Of a DNA stretch of 64,000 bases, positions 22,980 through 34,800 are shown piece after piece (position 1 is the first letter of the stretch; each line of letters begins with the position of its first letter). The stretch comes from Rhodosorus marinus CCMP1338 (lineage: Eukaryota; Plantae; Rhodophyta). The stretch covers positions 186,001 to 250,000 of the forward strand of contig JAMWBK010000007.1 in the NCBI GenBank assembly GCA_029953675.1, written 5' to 3'. Made by a program: the position numbers and the translations under genes. Below the pieces are notes generated by a model. That model worked only from the letters and a program-made list of their open reading frames with translations. It did no database searches and was not told the origin of the DNA.

Positions 22980-23466
22980 TGTTGAAACAGTCAATCGCGA
23001 CCATGCGCTCTCAACACGTAGAAGGGCATTCACACATCGTAATACATACGGTAAGACCGATACGCACATGGCATACGATGGGTGGATGCGGAATCATACC
23101 GTTACTGTTTCAAATGGAGGAAACAGTTTGAACAGTACAAGATATCGATCATCTGACTGTTATTACAGTAGAGTACTTAAGTGGAACATATCGGCCCATT
23201 AGTCAATGGAACAATAAGGAAGGTCGGTACCTTCACTTCGGTAAATTTGGAGGATGAAACGGAGGTCAAGGTACGCTGCAGCTATGTTGGACTCTACGCT
23301 CCGCGATTCGGCCTTGTCCTATCGGTTTGTTCCACTCATCATCGAGTTTGCTTTGGTTTAGTTGATTGTGTCGGCTCTCGTTGGCTTCGTGGGCTCTTTC
23401 GTAACAGCCCCAGTCGCCTTGACAGCCTCCTCACGGAGCTGTTCTTGACCTTGTGGCATTCCAACA
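22980..23466 (+). repeat. 3' LTR (TGTTG...CAACA) with about 170 bp of extra internal sequence
   Basis: Starts TGTTGAAAC after the PPT. The right end is placed at CCTTG...ATTCCAACA by similarity to the end of the upstream LTR and is less certain. Confidence 0.75.
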
Positions 23467-24326
23467 CGGCTTTCTTGTTCGCCGCGCGTCATCAGCGTCT
23501 TGTTTCTCGCTTCTCAGGGTAGTTAGGCTCTGATAAACTGATGATGAATCCTTGCGCAAATTTCCAACGCCTTTGTTTCGTTTTTCGGGATATTAAGGAT
23601 TTTTTGAGGGTCTTGGAGAGACCTTTTTTGGCGTTTTTCTTTGGCGAATGGTATTTTTTAGGGGTCCGATAAATAGTACGATAAACGTTGTAAGATCTGA
23701 ATTTAGAAATAATAAATAGCGTTTGCTGAGGACACTATCGTTCGATATAGGTCTATTAAACCTGAATAGAAAATAAATAAAAGGTTTCATCCGATAAATG
23801 GTCCGATAACCAGCGAAATTACCGTCCAATATTGTAAACTCCCTTCAGAAGTGGTTGTTTTACTCCAATTCATTTCCACCTTCCAATGTTATGACAGCCT
23901 GTCAACCTCAGAAGTATTCATTATTCATTACATGGTAGTGACAGTTTCTAATAACGAAAAGTAATTTAAATTCATAATATGAGAGAGAGCTTCACCACGG
24001 TGATGATTGATTATTAGGTTAGCGTTGATTGAATATTGGACCTCTTTATCGGACGAGAAATAGGACCTGTTTATTTAAAGAATATAAATCAGACATCCCG
24101 CAAGTTTGTATTTTTTGTAATATTGTACTGATTTGAACATTTATCGGACGCGTCAGATAAACGTTATTGGACTGTCTATGACAACCGGATTTTGAGGCTT
24201 CGTTCTTGTTGATGGAGAGAGGTGAAAGAGTAGTTTCTGGGAGAGAAGGGAAAAGAGCTTGAAGAGATTGTGTGACACTCTGCACTATGCATTTGTGAGA
24301 GCTTTGGCAGTAGGGAGCTTTTGGGT

Positions 24327-25223
24327 ATGGGGAAGGGGGAAGACAAACCGACTAGGGTTCTCGAGAATGAACGGGAACTCGAGTATGGTGTAGTTGGTGA
24401 TGCGATTGTTGAGCCGATCAAGCCCGGGAGCGAGGAGGAGAAGGATATTTCTGTCGTTGATGAGGACAAATCTGAACCCGATCATGACGGAGCTGAAGGA
24501 TCTTTGGGCAATTCGATAACACCCGTGTCAGGTGGGAGCGTTATTACCGGCGGTGATGAGGAAAAGCCGGAACACGAATATGACGTAACTGAAGAGCCGT
24601 TGTTCGAATCGATAAAGGCGCTGTTGACGTGCTGGACCGTTGAGAATAGGATGGTAAGTTTGGGGTTTGGTTGGGTCTCGTATTGGGGGTTTTGTGTAGA
24701 AGCTGTCGCTCAGTGGGCGTGGCTATTTTGTTTTTTCTGTTGTGATGATTGGTAACTACTATGTTAGGACTCGTATGATTGGGATCATTCGTCGATGTTC
24801 TACGCACGTGAAGTTTCCGAGATGCCGCTGGACGACTATCTAGATAGAATTTTCAAGCACTCGACAAAGTCCGTCAGCTGCGGTGTGGCGGCGGTTATTT
24901 ATCTGAGAAGAGCGGCAAAGATCAATCCGAACCTATGTATGAACGCTTTCAATGCACACCGTTTAATAATGATGGCGCTGACAGCCGCCGTCAAGTTCTC
25001 CGAGCATGTGGTTTGCTTGAATTCGTTCTACGCTGAAGTGGGAGGGCTTTGCTTAGAAGAGTTCAACGCTCTCGAACTAGAGTTCCTGTTGGCTGTCGAC
25101 TTTCAGTTGATCGTTTCAGAAAAAGAGTATCTGGAATGTAAGAGAATGCTTGAGGATGTGATTACTCCTTCCGAGGTTGTCGATGTCCTCACTAACGAGC
25201 TACCTCTATGTGTTGTGGGGTGA
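24327..25223 (+). CDS. PHO80/cyclin U(P)-family cyclin with an acidic N-terminal extension, 2 exons
   Basis: LDDYLDRIFKH, AVIYLRR, NAFNAHRLIMMAL, KFSEH...NSFYAEVGGL...EFNALELEFL..VDFQL. One GT-AG intron at about 24655-24766. Confidence 0.9.
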
Positions 25224-25953
25224 GCGCCCAAAACAGTCTGTAAATTATCTGTATCATACCAATCTCGCGCTGATTGTCATTAAGCGAGTTGAAAGGTTCT
25301 TGTCGAATAAATAGCAAGCACATTGCAACTTTCCGTTCAATAAGCGTCGGAAGTCGGTTTGCTGTGGGGGAAGAGAAGTCTCGGCCCTTGTCGGCTCTGC
25401 GTGGCTGTTGTCAGGACAAATTTTTGTTTTGCATGCAGCAAGATGTATAACTGTATAGATATATTACGAGATGCCTGCGCCGTTCAAGAAGCCACCTTCC
25501 CATTCCCAAACACGGACTAGTGCAATCCCTGTCCTCTGAAAGCTTCACACCACCGGGACAAAGCACAACCTGATACTCACCCACATCCATGCGTGCGCAC
25601 GTCATCGAGGGCGCTACAGCGGGATATCCAATACCACGCACTTTCGAACTGAACGCGTGCGCTGGATGCTCAGAGCTTGCAGGAGGGGATAGCTCGTGGC
25701 GACATCTATCCTTGCAGCCCCGATAAGCGGTTCAATAACCCGGTACCCTAAGCGGATGGTGAAGGCAATTCCTGATGAAACGCCCAATTCGATAATCCGC
25801 TTTCGACCGCGCATTGCTGACAGTTTGCGAGCGTTTTCGCTAGGGAAGCGTGTCAACTGCTGCACTATGATCAGGTTCAAGATACTGGATTTTGTGTTTC
25901 TCTGCAATGCTTCTTTTATAACAAACATGCGATGGGAATGAGCTAGCACCCCA

Positions 25954-28900
25954 TTACACCAGCCTAATTATGGAGCGATAGCGCTCCTCGAGGATAGGAA
26001 CCATGTCGCTATCGAGCCCGCAATGGCGGGCATCGACAAACTCTAGTCCCTCCAAGCGCTCGACCAGCGCGAGCAACGAGTCTACCGCTTCGCGGCTTCC
26101 CAGCAAAGGAAGCGGATGACGGTCCGAGTTGCCGAGGAAGCTGAGATGTCGAACGAGGGGGTACTTCGTGGATGTCTCCATACTGCTTACAAACTGTACA
26201 AGAATATTTAGAAACTCCGGGGAAAGAAAGTTCTTCTGCAAATTAACACTTAAATATTTCCGCCTTCCTCCAAGGAGGCGAGAAAGCGCAGCCGCGGTCT
26301 GCGACGGACGATTTCCTAAAGAGTTGTAGCCAACCAGCAGTTCCCTAATCAAGACCGGGTGAGAAACCAGAGGATCAGACATTCACGATCGATAAGCAAG
26401 AGAGAACGTGCGGATCTAATACCTCAGGTGAGGAAGATTAGCGGACGTAGATATGGCATCCGAGATCGCACTAAACCCTTCAGCCCCAATGTTGGTCGCG
26501 GTCATGTCCAGCCTTTTTAAATACACAAGCCTATTTCCTCCTTGAAACAACGCCTCCAACCCTCGAGCAGTAACTACTCGGTTTGCGCTCAGGTCCAATA
26601 CGGATAAATTTCCTCCATGGTTCCCAACGCTTTCAACCAGCTCCGTGACGCCCTCGTCATCCAGACCTCTCCCGAAGGCGTTTAGCACACCATCTTCGCC
26701 ATATCCGTCTCTCAGCACGCGAGCTTCCAGAAGACATTTGAGAGCGTAGGAAAATAATTCAGTTAATGATATTCGACAATTTGGTGAAACATTCCCCGAA
26801 CAGTCCCAGGAACATTGGCCGGAACATTGGCCGGAACATTGGCCGGAACATTGGCCGGAACATTGGCCGGAGCATTGGCCGTAACAGTGGCCGTAACATT
26901 GGCCGAAACATTGGCCGAAACGTTGGCCGCATCATTGGCCGGAACTTCGCTTGAACAATTTTGCTAGCGCAGGGAGGCTTTGAACAACTTACCAACAAGG
27001 CGCTTCCTGACTATTGTTTGGGGATCTTCCTCGTCCACGATCCAGTCAGTGATCAGTCCACGCGGGTGCGCAACTTCCGGGCTCTTTCTCGTGGTACTAG
27101 GGGTGAACAAGTGGCAGTTGGGGGGGTCAGTTCTAGTCGGACAAATTCTCGGTTCCACTCCGTTGAAGGGAACAAACCAACCTTGAACTCCTTCCCGATG
27201 CTGAGTGACTGGAAGACGTGCTCCTGCTTGTTTGTAGGATCGATAGCCTCCTCGTTGGAGTGGGTGACGGTGTGACCCAATCCTTACTTCCTGTTGGACG
27301 CGCAGAATCGAGCTCCGGGTACACGTTGTCTAGAGTACGTTGTCTGGAAACGTTGATCTGCCTGTGGAGTTTAATCTCCTCGTTGTCGCTGAGGTCGGAA
27401 CCAGCTGGAGGGCTTTGATTTCTTGCGGGATTCCATGGATCTTCATCGTTTTCAGCAAGCTGGAAAGGCGCAACATTCTGGGCTTCGCTCGGTGAGACAC
27501 TGCTACCCGCTTTTCTCCTCTTCCTTACAACGGGCGGGGACAGCTCGGCGTCAACCTCGTTGATGGACTCTGGTATCGAGATAACCTCTCCATCCTCTCC
27601 GCTGCTAGTGGAGCTAGATTCAACTGCTACTGGAAGTCTATCCAATAGCTCCTGATACTCGCTCGCCGGTCCACCGCCCACAACTGACTTTTGCAACTCA
27701 GTGAGCTTGGAAAGCGCCCTTCGTTGCAAACGCAAGTCGCTGGCGCGTACAGAGAGCTCGTAGCTGCTCTTAAACGCATCCAAAGCCTGTTCCACCTCCC
27801 TGAGCTCCTCGTGGACCAACCCGTACACAAAAAACGCCTCTGCAGCACCGTCCGGAGATTCACAGCGCTTCATCCGTTCAACCTATGGTCGCCAACGAAA
27901 AAAACACAGAGATTAGACAACAGCTGTCCGAGTGACCCAGCTCGCCAGCAACGGGAGCGGGAGTCTCAAAAAAAAGCTGCGAAAACAAAAGCCAAAGAGC
28001 AACTTACCCATTCAACAGCGTACGGAAGCGCAGCCTGAGTCTTGCCAGCCTCTAGAAGCGCGTTTACGAGTTCGTCCAGGGTTTCAGTGTATGCGTCCCA
28101 ACCACCGTCTTCTGTCTCCTGGATGAGTCCGAGACGGATCTGTGATTACAAAAGGCATCACCCCCAAGGATGAGTCCCTGAGTTCCAACTCGCCCGCCCG
28201 CAACTGCAGCTAGGAGAGGACTTACCCGAATGTGCTCTGCGGCGCTTTCATAGTCAGAAAGTTCCACGTACAGACGAGCAATTTGACCTCGAATTTCGGC
28301 GCTGTCGACTTCTTCGCCATTCTCCAATTTCTTGAGAATCTTCCGAAGTCGTGATTCAGTAGCGACTCGCTTCGCAGCGACCGTACATAGCTCATGGGCC
28401 TCTTCTTTCTGCTCAGGGGCACACGTTTCCTCGTACCTGTTGGCAAGGGGAAAAGCACCAACGACATTGAACACCAAGTCCGGTTTGGAGCTGAGTATCC
28501 ACTTCCTCCTACTCGTAGCATACCTCCGGTAATGTTCCGCGGATACGCAGTAACGACGCAGCTTTGCGTTAATCTCCCCGAGCTGAAAGCAGGAAATCGC
28601 TTCGTTTGCTTCGTCTCCATTCAACTTGCTGAGTTTCAGGCCCTTTTCGGCGTACTCAAGGGCCCTTTTGTAATCGTCGAGGTGTATGTATTCGATCACC
28701 ATGTTGTAAGAAACGAGGTACTTGGCAATGGAGTCTTGGCGTTTGGATGCGATCTCCATTGCATCTGCCATTAGCTCAATCGCGCGGCGAGTTTCTCCTC
28801 TGCTGCTTTTTACGAGTCCAAGATTCAGCGTCGCGTTCTGTTAAACAAAAGCACGGAAAGGCTGAGCTTCTTTCCCGGGCAGGAAACTGGTCCTGTTCCA

Positions 28901-29717
28901 GGATTGATCCCCAAAAAGAATGCGGCTAACCTGTATCATTTCTAGTCGTTCCGGATCCGACCTTGCTAGTTTCTCTGCGCATTCGATGCTCTTTCGGAGG
29001 TACCGCTCAGAGAGTTCCAATGACTCCTTCGCGTCTTCCGCGGATTCCCTTTCAGTGAATTTATCGCCTGGCAGAGACGGTGGTGTTAAAACCTTTCCTT
29101 CGGAGTATTTTCTTGCAGATTATGAAGGGCAACTGGCTCTGCGCGAGAAAGTTCTTTGAAGGATCCTCCTCACCTCGCACTCTATAGACGTCACCTAAGC
29201 CAGCATATGCCCGCTGCTCTTCGCGATTTAAGTTGTGTTTCTCGGCCGTCTCTAGTTGCTGAAAGTATGCATTGATCGCGTCAGGAAAGTTTTGAAGAGT
29301 CTTGTTCATGTCACCAACCCGTCTACAAGCCACTGCAACGTCTTCGTTGGAGCCTATTTCAACAGCGCATTGTTTAGGTCAATACAACGAAACGTGAATA
29401 CCATGCCAAGACATTTGATTCTCCTCTTTGAAGTTTACCATACTGCACAGACAGCTTGAGTTCTTCAATGTGACATTCAAGAGCAGCTTCGTACTCGCCA
29501 AGGAGGTCGTAGTATTTACCCATATTGTTATAAATCTACACGGATTCATCGAGATATAGACTTAGAACGGACAGCCGGCACAGAGTAAAAACTTCTGGAA
29601 CAGCTCATGGAAAATCAGCGATGGCACCTTATTCATCTCAACGAAGTTTCCATCGAGTTTCGCCTCCCTTAGGGCCCTCTTCCACACATCAAGCTTCACG
29701 CGATGGTCCTTCGCCAT
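25954..29717 (-). CDS. TONSOKU/TONSL-like protein (N-terminal TPR/LGN repeats, acidic linker, C-terminal LRRs), multi-exon
   Basis: TPR-like EQRAYAGLGDVY, AISCFQLGEI, VYGLVHEEL. RI-like LRRs LSVLDLSANRV, LKRLDMTATNIG, LRELLVGYNSLG. No ankyrin repeats seen. Splicing around 26.7-27.2 kb is unresolved. Confidence 0.75.
26809..26945. repeat. 12-bp minisatellite (GGAACATTGGCC) x about 11 inside the TONSOKU-like gene
   Basis: Directly visible, homogeneous on the left and degenerate on the right. Confidence 0.97.
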
Positions 29718-31875
29718 TGCGATTATCACTAAATACCAATGCAAAACGTTCCTCCTTCCCCCCCAAATTTCTGTCAATTATCTCAAGGGATCCTCAGACC
29801 CCCCTCTCAGCTATCTAACATGAAGATTCCCCAATAAGCCTCCGCTCGCTGCACCCCAACCCAACCCATCTTGCGGGGTAAACCACCACAAACCCCTCCA
29901 AAAAAAACAAAAAAGAAGTCGAGAAAACTATCTACCTGTCTTACGGAAAGTGCAGATCAACACTGGCGCCAGCAAAGCCACAAAATAAGAAGAAAAGAAG
30001 ACCCAGAACTATAACAAACCCACCTTGCCTCAGCTCCTACCACATCCTTCACCCTCTTTGCCCCTAAGCCATTCCTCATCAAATTCCCGTTCCCTCCCTT
30101 TACCTGTCCCATTGACGCTGTCCCACTGAATCGAATGTGCGACGTGGCATATTGTTTCATAAAACAAAGTAATGTCAATCAACATTGTATCACTTTGACC
30201 AATAGAAGAACACAGGGGAAATAGATCAATCATTACAAGGATTTAGTTTTTTTTTGCTTTGGAGAGAAGTGAGGAGCGAGGAAGGGGAGGATTGGGGATG
30301 CCAGAGAGGGACTGTCGAGAGGGCGGTTTAGAGTTCACGTGGGAGGTATGAAGACAGAAGAACATGGAAGGAATTACAAGCACAGACGATTCTCTTTTGT
30401 GTTATATCGGGGTGCTATCTTTGCGGTTTGATTGCTGCATTTTAGCAAAAAAAAGAAAAGAGGCTTGGCGGGTTTTCATGGACGCGATCTGTTGCCGTCG
30501 TTGGAGGGCCTGTGGAGTGGTTTCATCGCGCTCCAGCTCAAGTTATTTGCTTGGAGTCTTCTACGCAGTGAGTTTAAGAAAATCTGAGAGGCGCTGATTC
30601 AAAGGGCGTCGACTCTCCGTCAGATCGCGATGACCTGGACGTGGTCTTGGTCCCGTTTGCTCTCTGAGCAGCAACTACCCACCTTCACAATCGCGAGGAC
30701 CGTATTCATAGTGCGATAGCGGAGTTGAACAAGATTCTCTGGCAAGCAAATGCTCAACTCATTCTGCATGGAAAGGATCGGGCTGATCCTCCTGATTTTT
30801 CGCAACGCTATAGTAGAATGACCACTCTGATGCTCTTTCTAGACTGTAGTCTTCTTTGCTTTTGAACCTATCGCGATGTAACGGTGCCTTAGCTCTGGAG
30901 CTGTGCGCCTTCCTAGCGTATCTCATTTGGGGACCTTAGCCTCCGATTGAACTGATCTGGCAGTAGAATGAGACCCCAGGACATACGGTTTTGGGTTTAT
31001 TAAGAGCGCTTTGAGAGTCGTTGCGTTCCGCTGCGGTATGTAGGCACCAATCAAAGGCTACTAGGGCAAAAATGGATTGACAATTACGCCAGGACTCCGC
31101 CGTGAATGTCCCATTTTAGAGCAGCGCGAAAACGTCCCAGCTCAATCAACAACTATCCTGTTGGCCAATAGTACGTGGAAATTCTTACTTATCAATCATT
31201 ATCACGGCGATACCCCTCAGTAGTTGTCCCGATTCGTGTGGGACATGAATTCGAAAAGTGAAAAAGATACTACATCAATCAATGAACGAGAAAATGGCCA
31301 ATAGAAGACCAAATGGAGATTGATCAATCATTATATATATGTCCTCATTAAGTATCATCGGCTGTAATATGGGTTTTGGGTTTTGGCCATGTGGATTTAT
31401 TGAGCAAATGTGAAAAGGACCCGTTCGGGATATTTTTGAAAGTTGTGTGTGTTTTAGAAGGCGTTATTTAGTAAGTGCTGGGTGGGCCTGCGAGTTCGGA
31501 ATGGGGTGGGTAGGAAGGTTTACGGGTGAAGGAAGAGGAGTGATTATGAAACAGATGAGAGAGTAAAATTTCCTTGTTGACTGGGATTTTGAGAAGGAGG
31601 ATATTTGGAAGGCTGAAGGGTCTTAGTGAGGTTGGATAGAGGAGGAAAACGTCGGTGTGGTTTGGTAGAGGCAAGTTCATTTGGGTTTGGAAGCGGTGGG
31701 GGAGCGGAAACGACCGATTTTGTTCTATAGTTATGGCTGTTGTCTGGAGTGGTGGGTAGGATTGTGTGGTAGGTTTTAAGGTGTTTGTCTTTTGATCCCT
31801 GCGGTTTGTCTCTGGTGGGTGAGCAGGTGGAACGAACCAGTTTGACTGGATGTCTGGTCAGGTTCGGTGGTGTAG

Positions 31876-34800
31876 ATGAAATCGTTTTGGAAGAAGAATT
31901 TCCACACGCCGTCTAAGAAGAAGACGTGCGTAGTCGAAATCTCCAGCCATGTGCTTGTTGGCAACTATGTCGAGGGCCATTTCGATGAGGACTTACAGGA
32001 CTTCCTGGAAAGGCGGAGGAGAAAGACGGGTAGCACAGTAAATAAAGTGCTTATAATTGATGTGGGACCCGATCCGTGGATGTACGAGGTTGCTCCCGGA
32101 GTTGTGGTCTCTGAGCCCTGCCATGTCGGACCGTTCCTTATGCTGCCAGGTTTGAATTCAGTTTTCGAGACTTGCGCAGATATCGTTGACTGGTTCAAAA
32201 CGAACGCTTTTGACGGCTGCGGAGTAGTTTTGATAGTCGCGTCATCTTCCTTCCCCAACTTCAATCGGCTGGCGCCTGTTGCATTGGTCCGCATCGCCCT
32301 CCTCCCAATGCCAACCTAAATTCCCGAATACCACGCATGTTAGTTACAAACTGACGATCATACATTTTGGTGGTTTTTCGACGGTTTTTCCCAGGTCGCG
32401 TCTTCACTGCTGATGTACATTAATAGAGCTGATAGCGCACTAGACGCGCTTGAAACGTTCCTCTCGAAATCGCGAGAAGCTCACCTGGTTGGCGCTGACA
32501 AACTTGGGGACCCGACAGTAAAACTTCCCAACTTGTGCAAGTATCTCAAGCTCTTCTCAAAGTTATGCCTGAAGCCCCACTTCCCCGTAGTGATTCCCCT
32601 GGAGATAATGAAGATTATGTTCCAGGGCAAGCTCAAGCTATCGAAGAAGCAAAGGTGGAACCCGATTATTAGATTTTACGTGTTTGCCAAAGGGCAAGGC
32701 GAAGGAGAATGGTACGTTGCTGCTGCGTCAATCAAGTGGGCGCTCTAGCACGGAAGCTTGAGCTTGTGCCCAGTGTACTACGGGAATAGGCTTCCTGTTA
32801 CTGCTGTTCATGGCTCCATCGCTGAACCAACTGTGATTTGGTTCTACCATCTTTTGCAGTATGGTTATTGGACAGAGTGACTACCGCGGAGACGTGATTT
32901 ATGGGGATGAGTTTGCGTCTTTCCAAGTTAACACGCTGGCGTTTGGAGACTTTGTCCTCAGCTTTGAGCACCACTACCCAAAGGAGAATCGGACGAAACC
33001 TCTGTTTTCTATAGCTCAGCATACGAGCTTCCTGAGCGCTCCGTACACTCGTTTCAGAGCTTCCGACCTGGAGGTCTACCCGGACGCGAAGGACATCGTG
33101 ACCATTGACAAGGACTTCACAGTAGACGTTTTTCTACGTACAATGCCCGCTGTTACCGGTAATGCCCAGCTTCTCCTTCCTTTGCTTTCCAGTCTCCGCA
33201 AGTTCCAAGTTCACCCGCCCCGCTAACGATCGCTCTCATGCTTCATCATCATCTCGTTCAGAGGCCTACGTAAAAAGTGCCGCTGCTATGGCAGAAGAGT
33301 ATGGGAAGGTAACAGTCGGGATGCTGGACCTAGTGACGAGCCAAATGTTGTCGGTCGAGGAGATCGTGAGCTTGAGACCTTCTGATGATCCTCTCGTTCC
33401 CAAAATATCCCCCAAGGAGATGCAGAGCACACTCCAGGCGCAGTCCGAAGCGCTCCACAAAATGCTTGACAACGTACCCGATGACATGATCGCAGACGTC
33501 TTGACCACTTTCGATCAATACCAAGATGCTGGACAGGTATGATGCATGCATCCCGTGTGCTAATGGAGCCGATAGGTAGAGCCAACTTTGCTGCTCGGAC
33601 GTGCTGAAACTAAACTTGAAATTGTGAACAGAGGGCGACGGGTAGTGAGCGAACAAGCGGAGAGGACAGAACTCGTGAGTACCTGAACGCCGAGGACGAG
33701 GACGAGCTGGACCAAATCTTGCAGGAGGACTTCGGAGGCGATTTTCACATTATCGAGAATGACGAAGAAGCCTGGAACTCTGATGCCGAATTGGACTCGC
33801 CAACAGAAAGCGGTCAAGCCATCCCAATAGTTATAGAAGGTAAATCATATGCCAAGCCTTGAGTCTTTTGCAGGGTCCGTTGACTCTTGAACGTACTCAT
33901 TGGGCTGTGTTTTTCTAACGAATAATTCTAGACGATCTAGATTCTTCGTCTGAAGAAACGAGATCAAAGAAGAAGAAAAAGCGGAAAAGAAAGGCAAGAG
34001 AAAGCGTGGAAGAAGATCCTTCCATCGAGCAGATCGAAGACGAGCAAGATGGTAAAAAGTAGCAAAACCTCAGCGCAATGAATTCCTCAGCCGATTGTCT
34101 TAGAACAACACCAACTCTGCTGTTTTACAGATCATCTGGAGCTCACAGCCATCGATGCGTCAAACCTGATCTTGGAGGTGAGTCTCTGGAAGCAAAAGTC
34201 ACGACATACTTTTCGCAGTTTTTAAGCTAGTCTCCCAATTTTTCTAGGTCGATGAAGTCGTCCCTCCCCCGGCCATGCCGCTGCCAGACTTTGATGAACA
34301 CAGGCGTGTAGCAGCTGGAGGTGATACCAACCTGGAGGAATTGATGCCAAATTTCTTGCAAGGTGAGGATTTGGCACCTTCAGAACACATTTCATTTGGC
34401 CTCAAAGTCGCGTGCTCACGATTGAAATCTTTTTTGGCATGTGTCATTGTAGTCGGGGACGACGGAGAGTTCGTGCCAGCCGAAGAAGGCGAATCTGGAG
34501 ATGGGGAGGAGCAGGAGAACGTACCCATATGGATGATGGCTCAGTTTGAATCGGTGCCAAGCCCTACCGAACCTCCGGGCGCTGAAGCCTACGGTAGCGC
34601 CGCTGGTGTTACGCTTGCTGCAGCTGGAGCGCCTCCACCACCACCACCACCACCACCACCACCGCCACCGCCTAAGGCTACCGTGTCGGGTGCGAGTGAG
34701 GACTCAAAGCCCGTAGCTACACCACCGAGACCGGCGGTGACGGCAGTCGAAGAGTCAACTGCGAGTCCAGTGCTACCTCCCCCACCTCCCGCTTTGAGCA

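Larger units (their letters stand above)
18050..23466 (+). mobile_element. Rearranged, non-functional Ty1/copia LTR retrotransposon
   Basis: Gag, zinc knuckle, protease, integrase, RT and RNase H, with INT before RT (copia order), LTR-like repeats at both ends, a PBS and a PPT. There are several frameshifts and stops, and one internal segment is inverted. Confidence 0.95.

Noticed and set aside
26766-26954. (RNIG)n plus-strand ORF
   Set aside because: It is a by-product of the 12-bp minisatellite, antisense to the TONSOKU-like gene.
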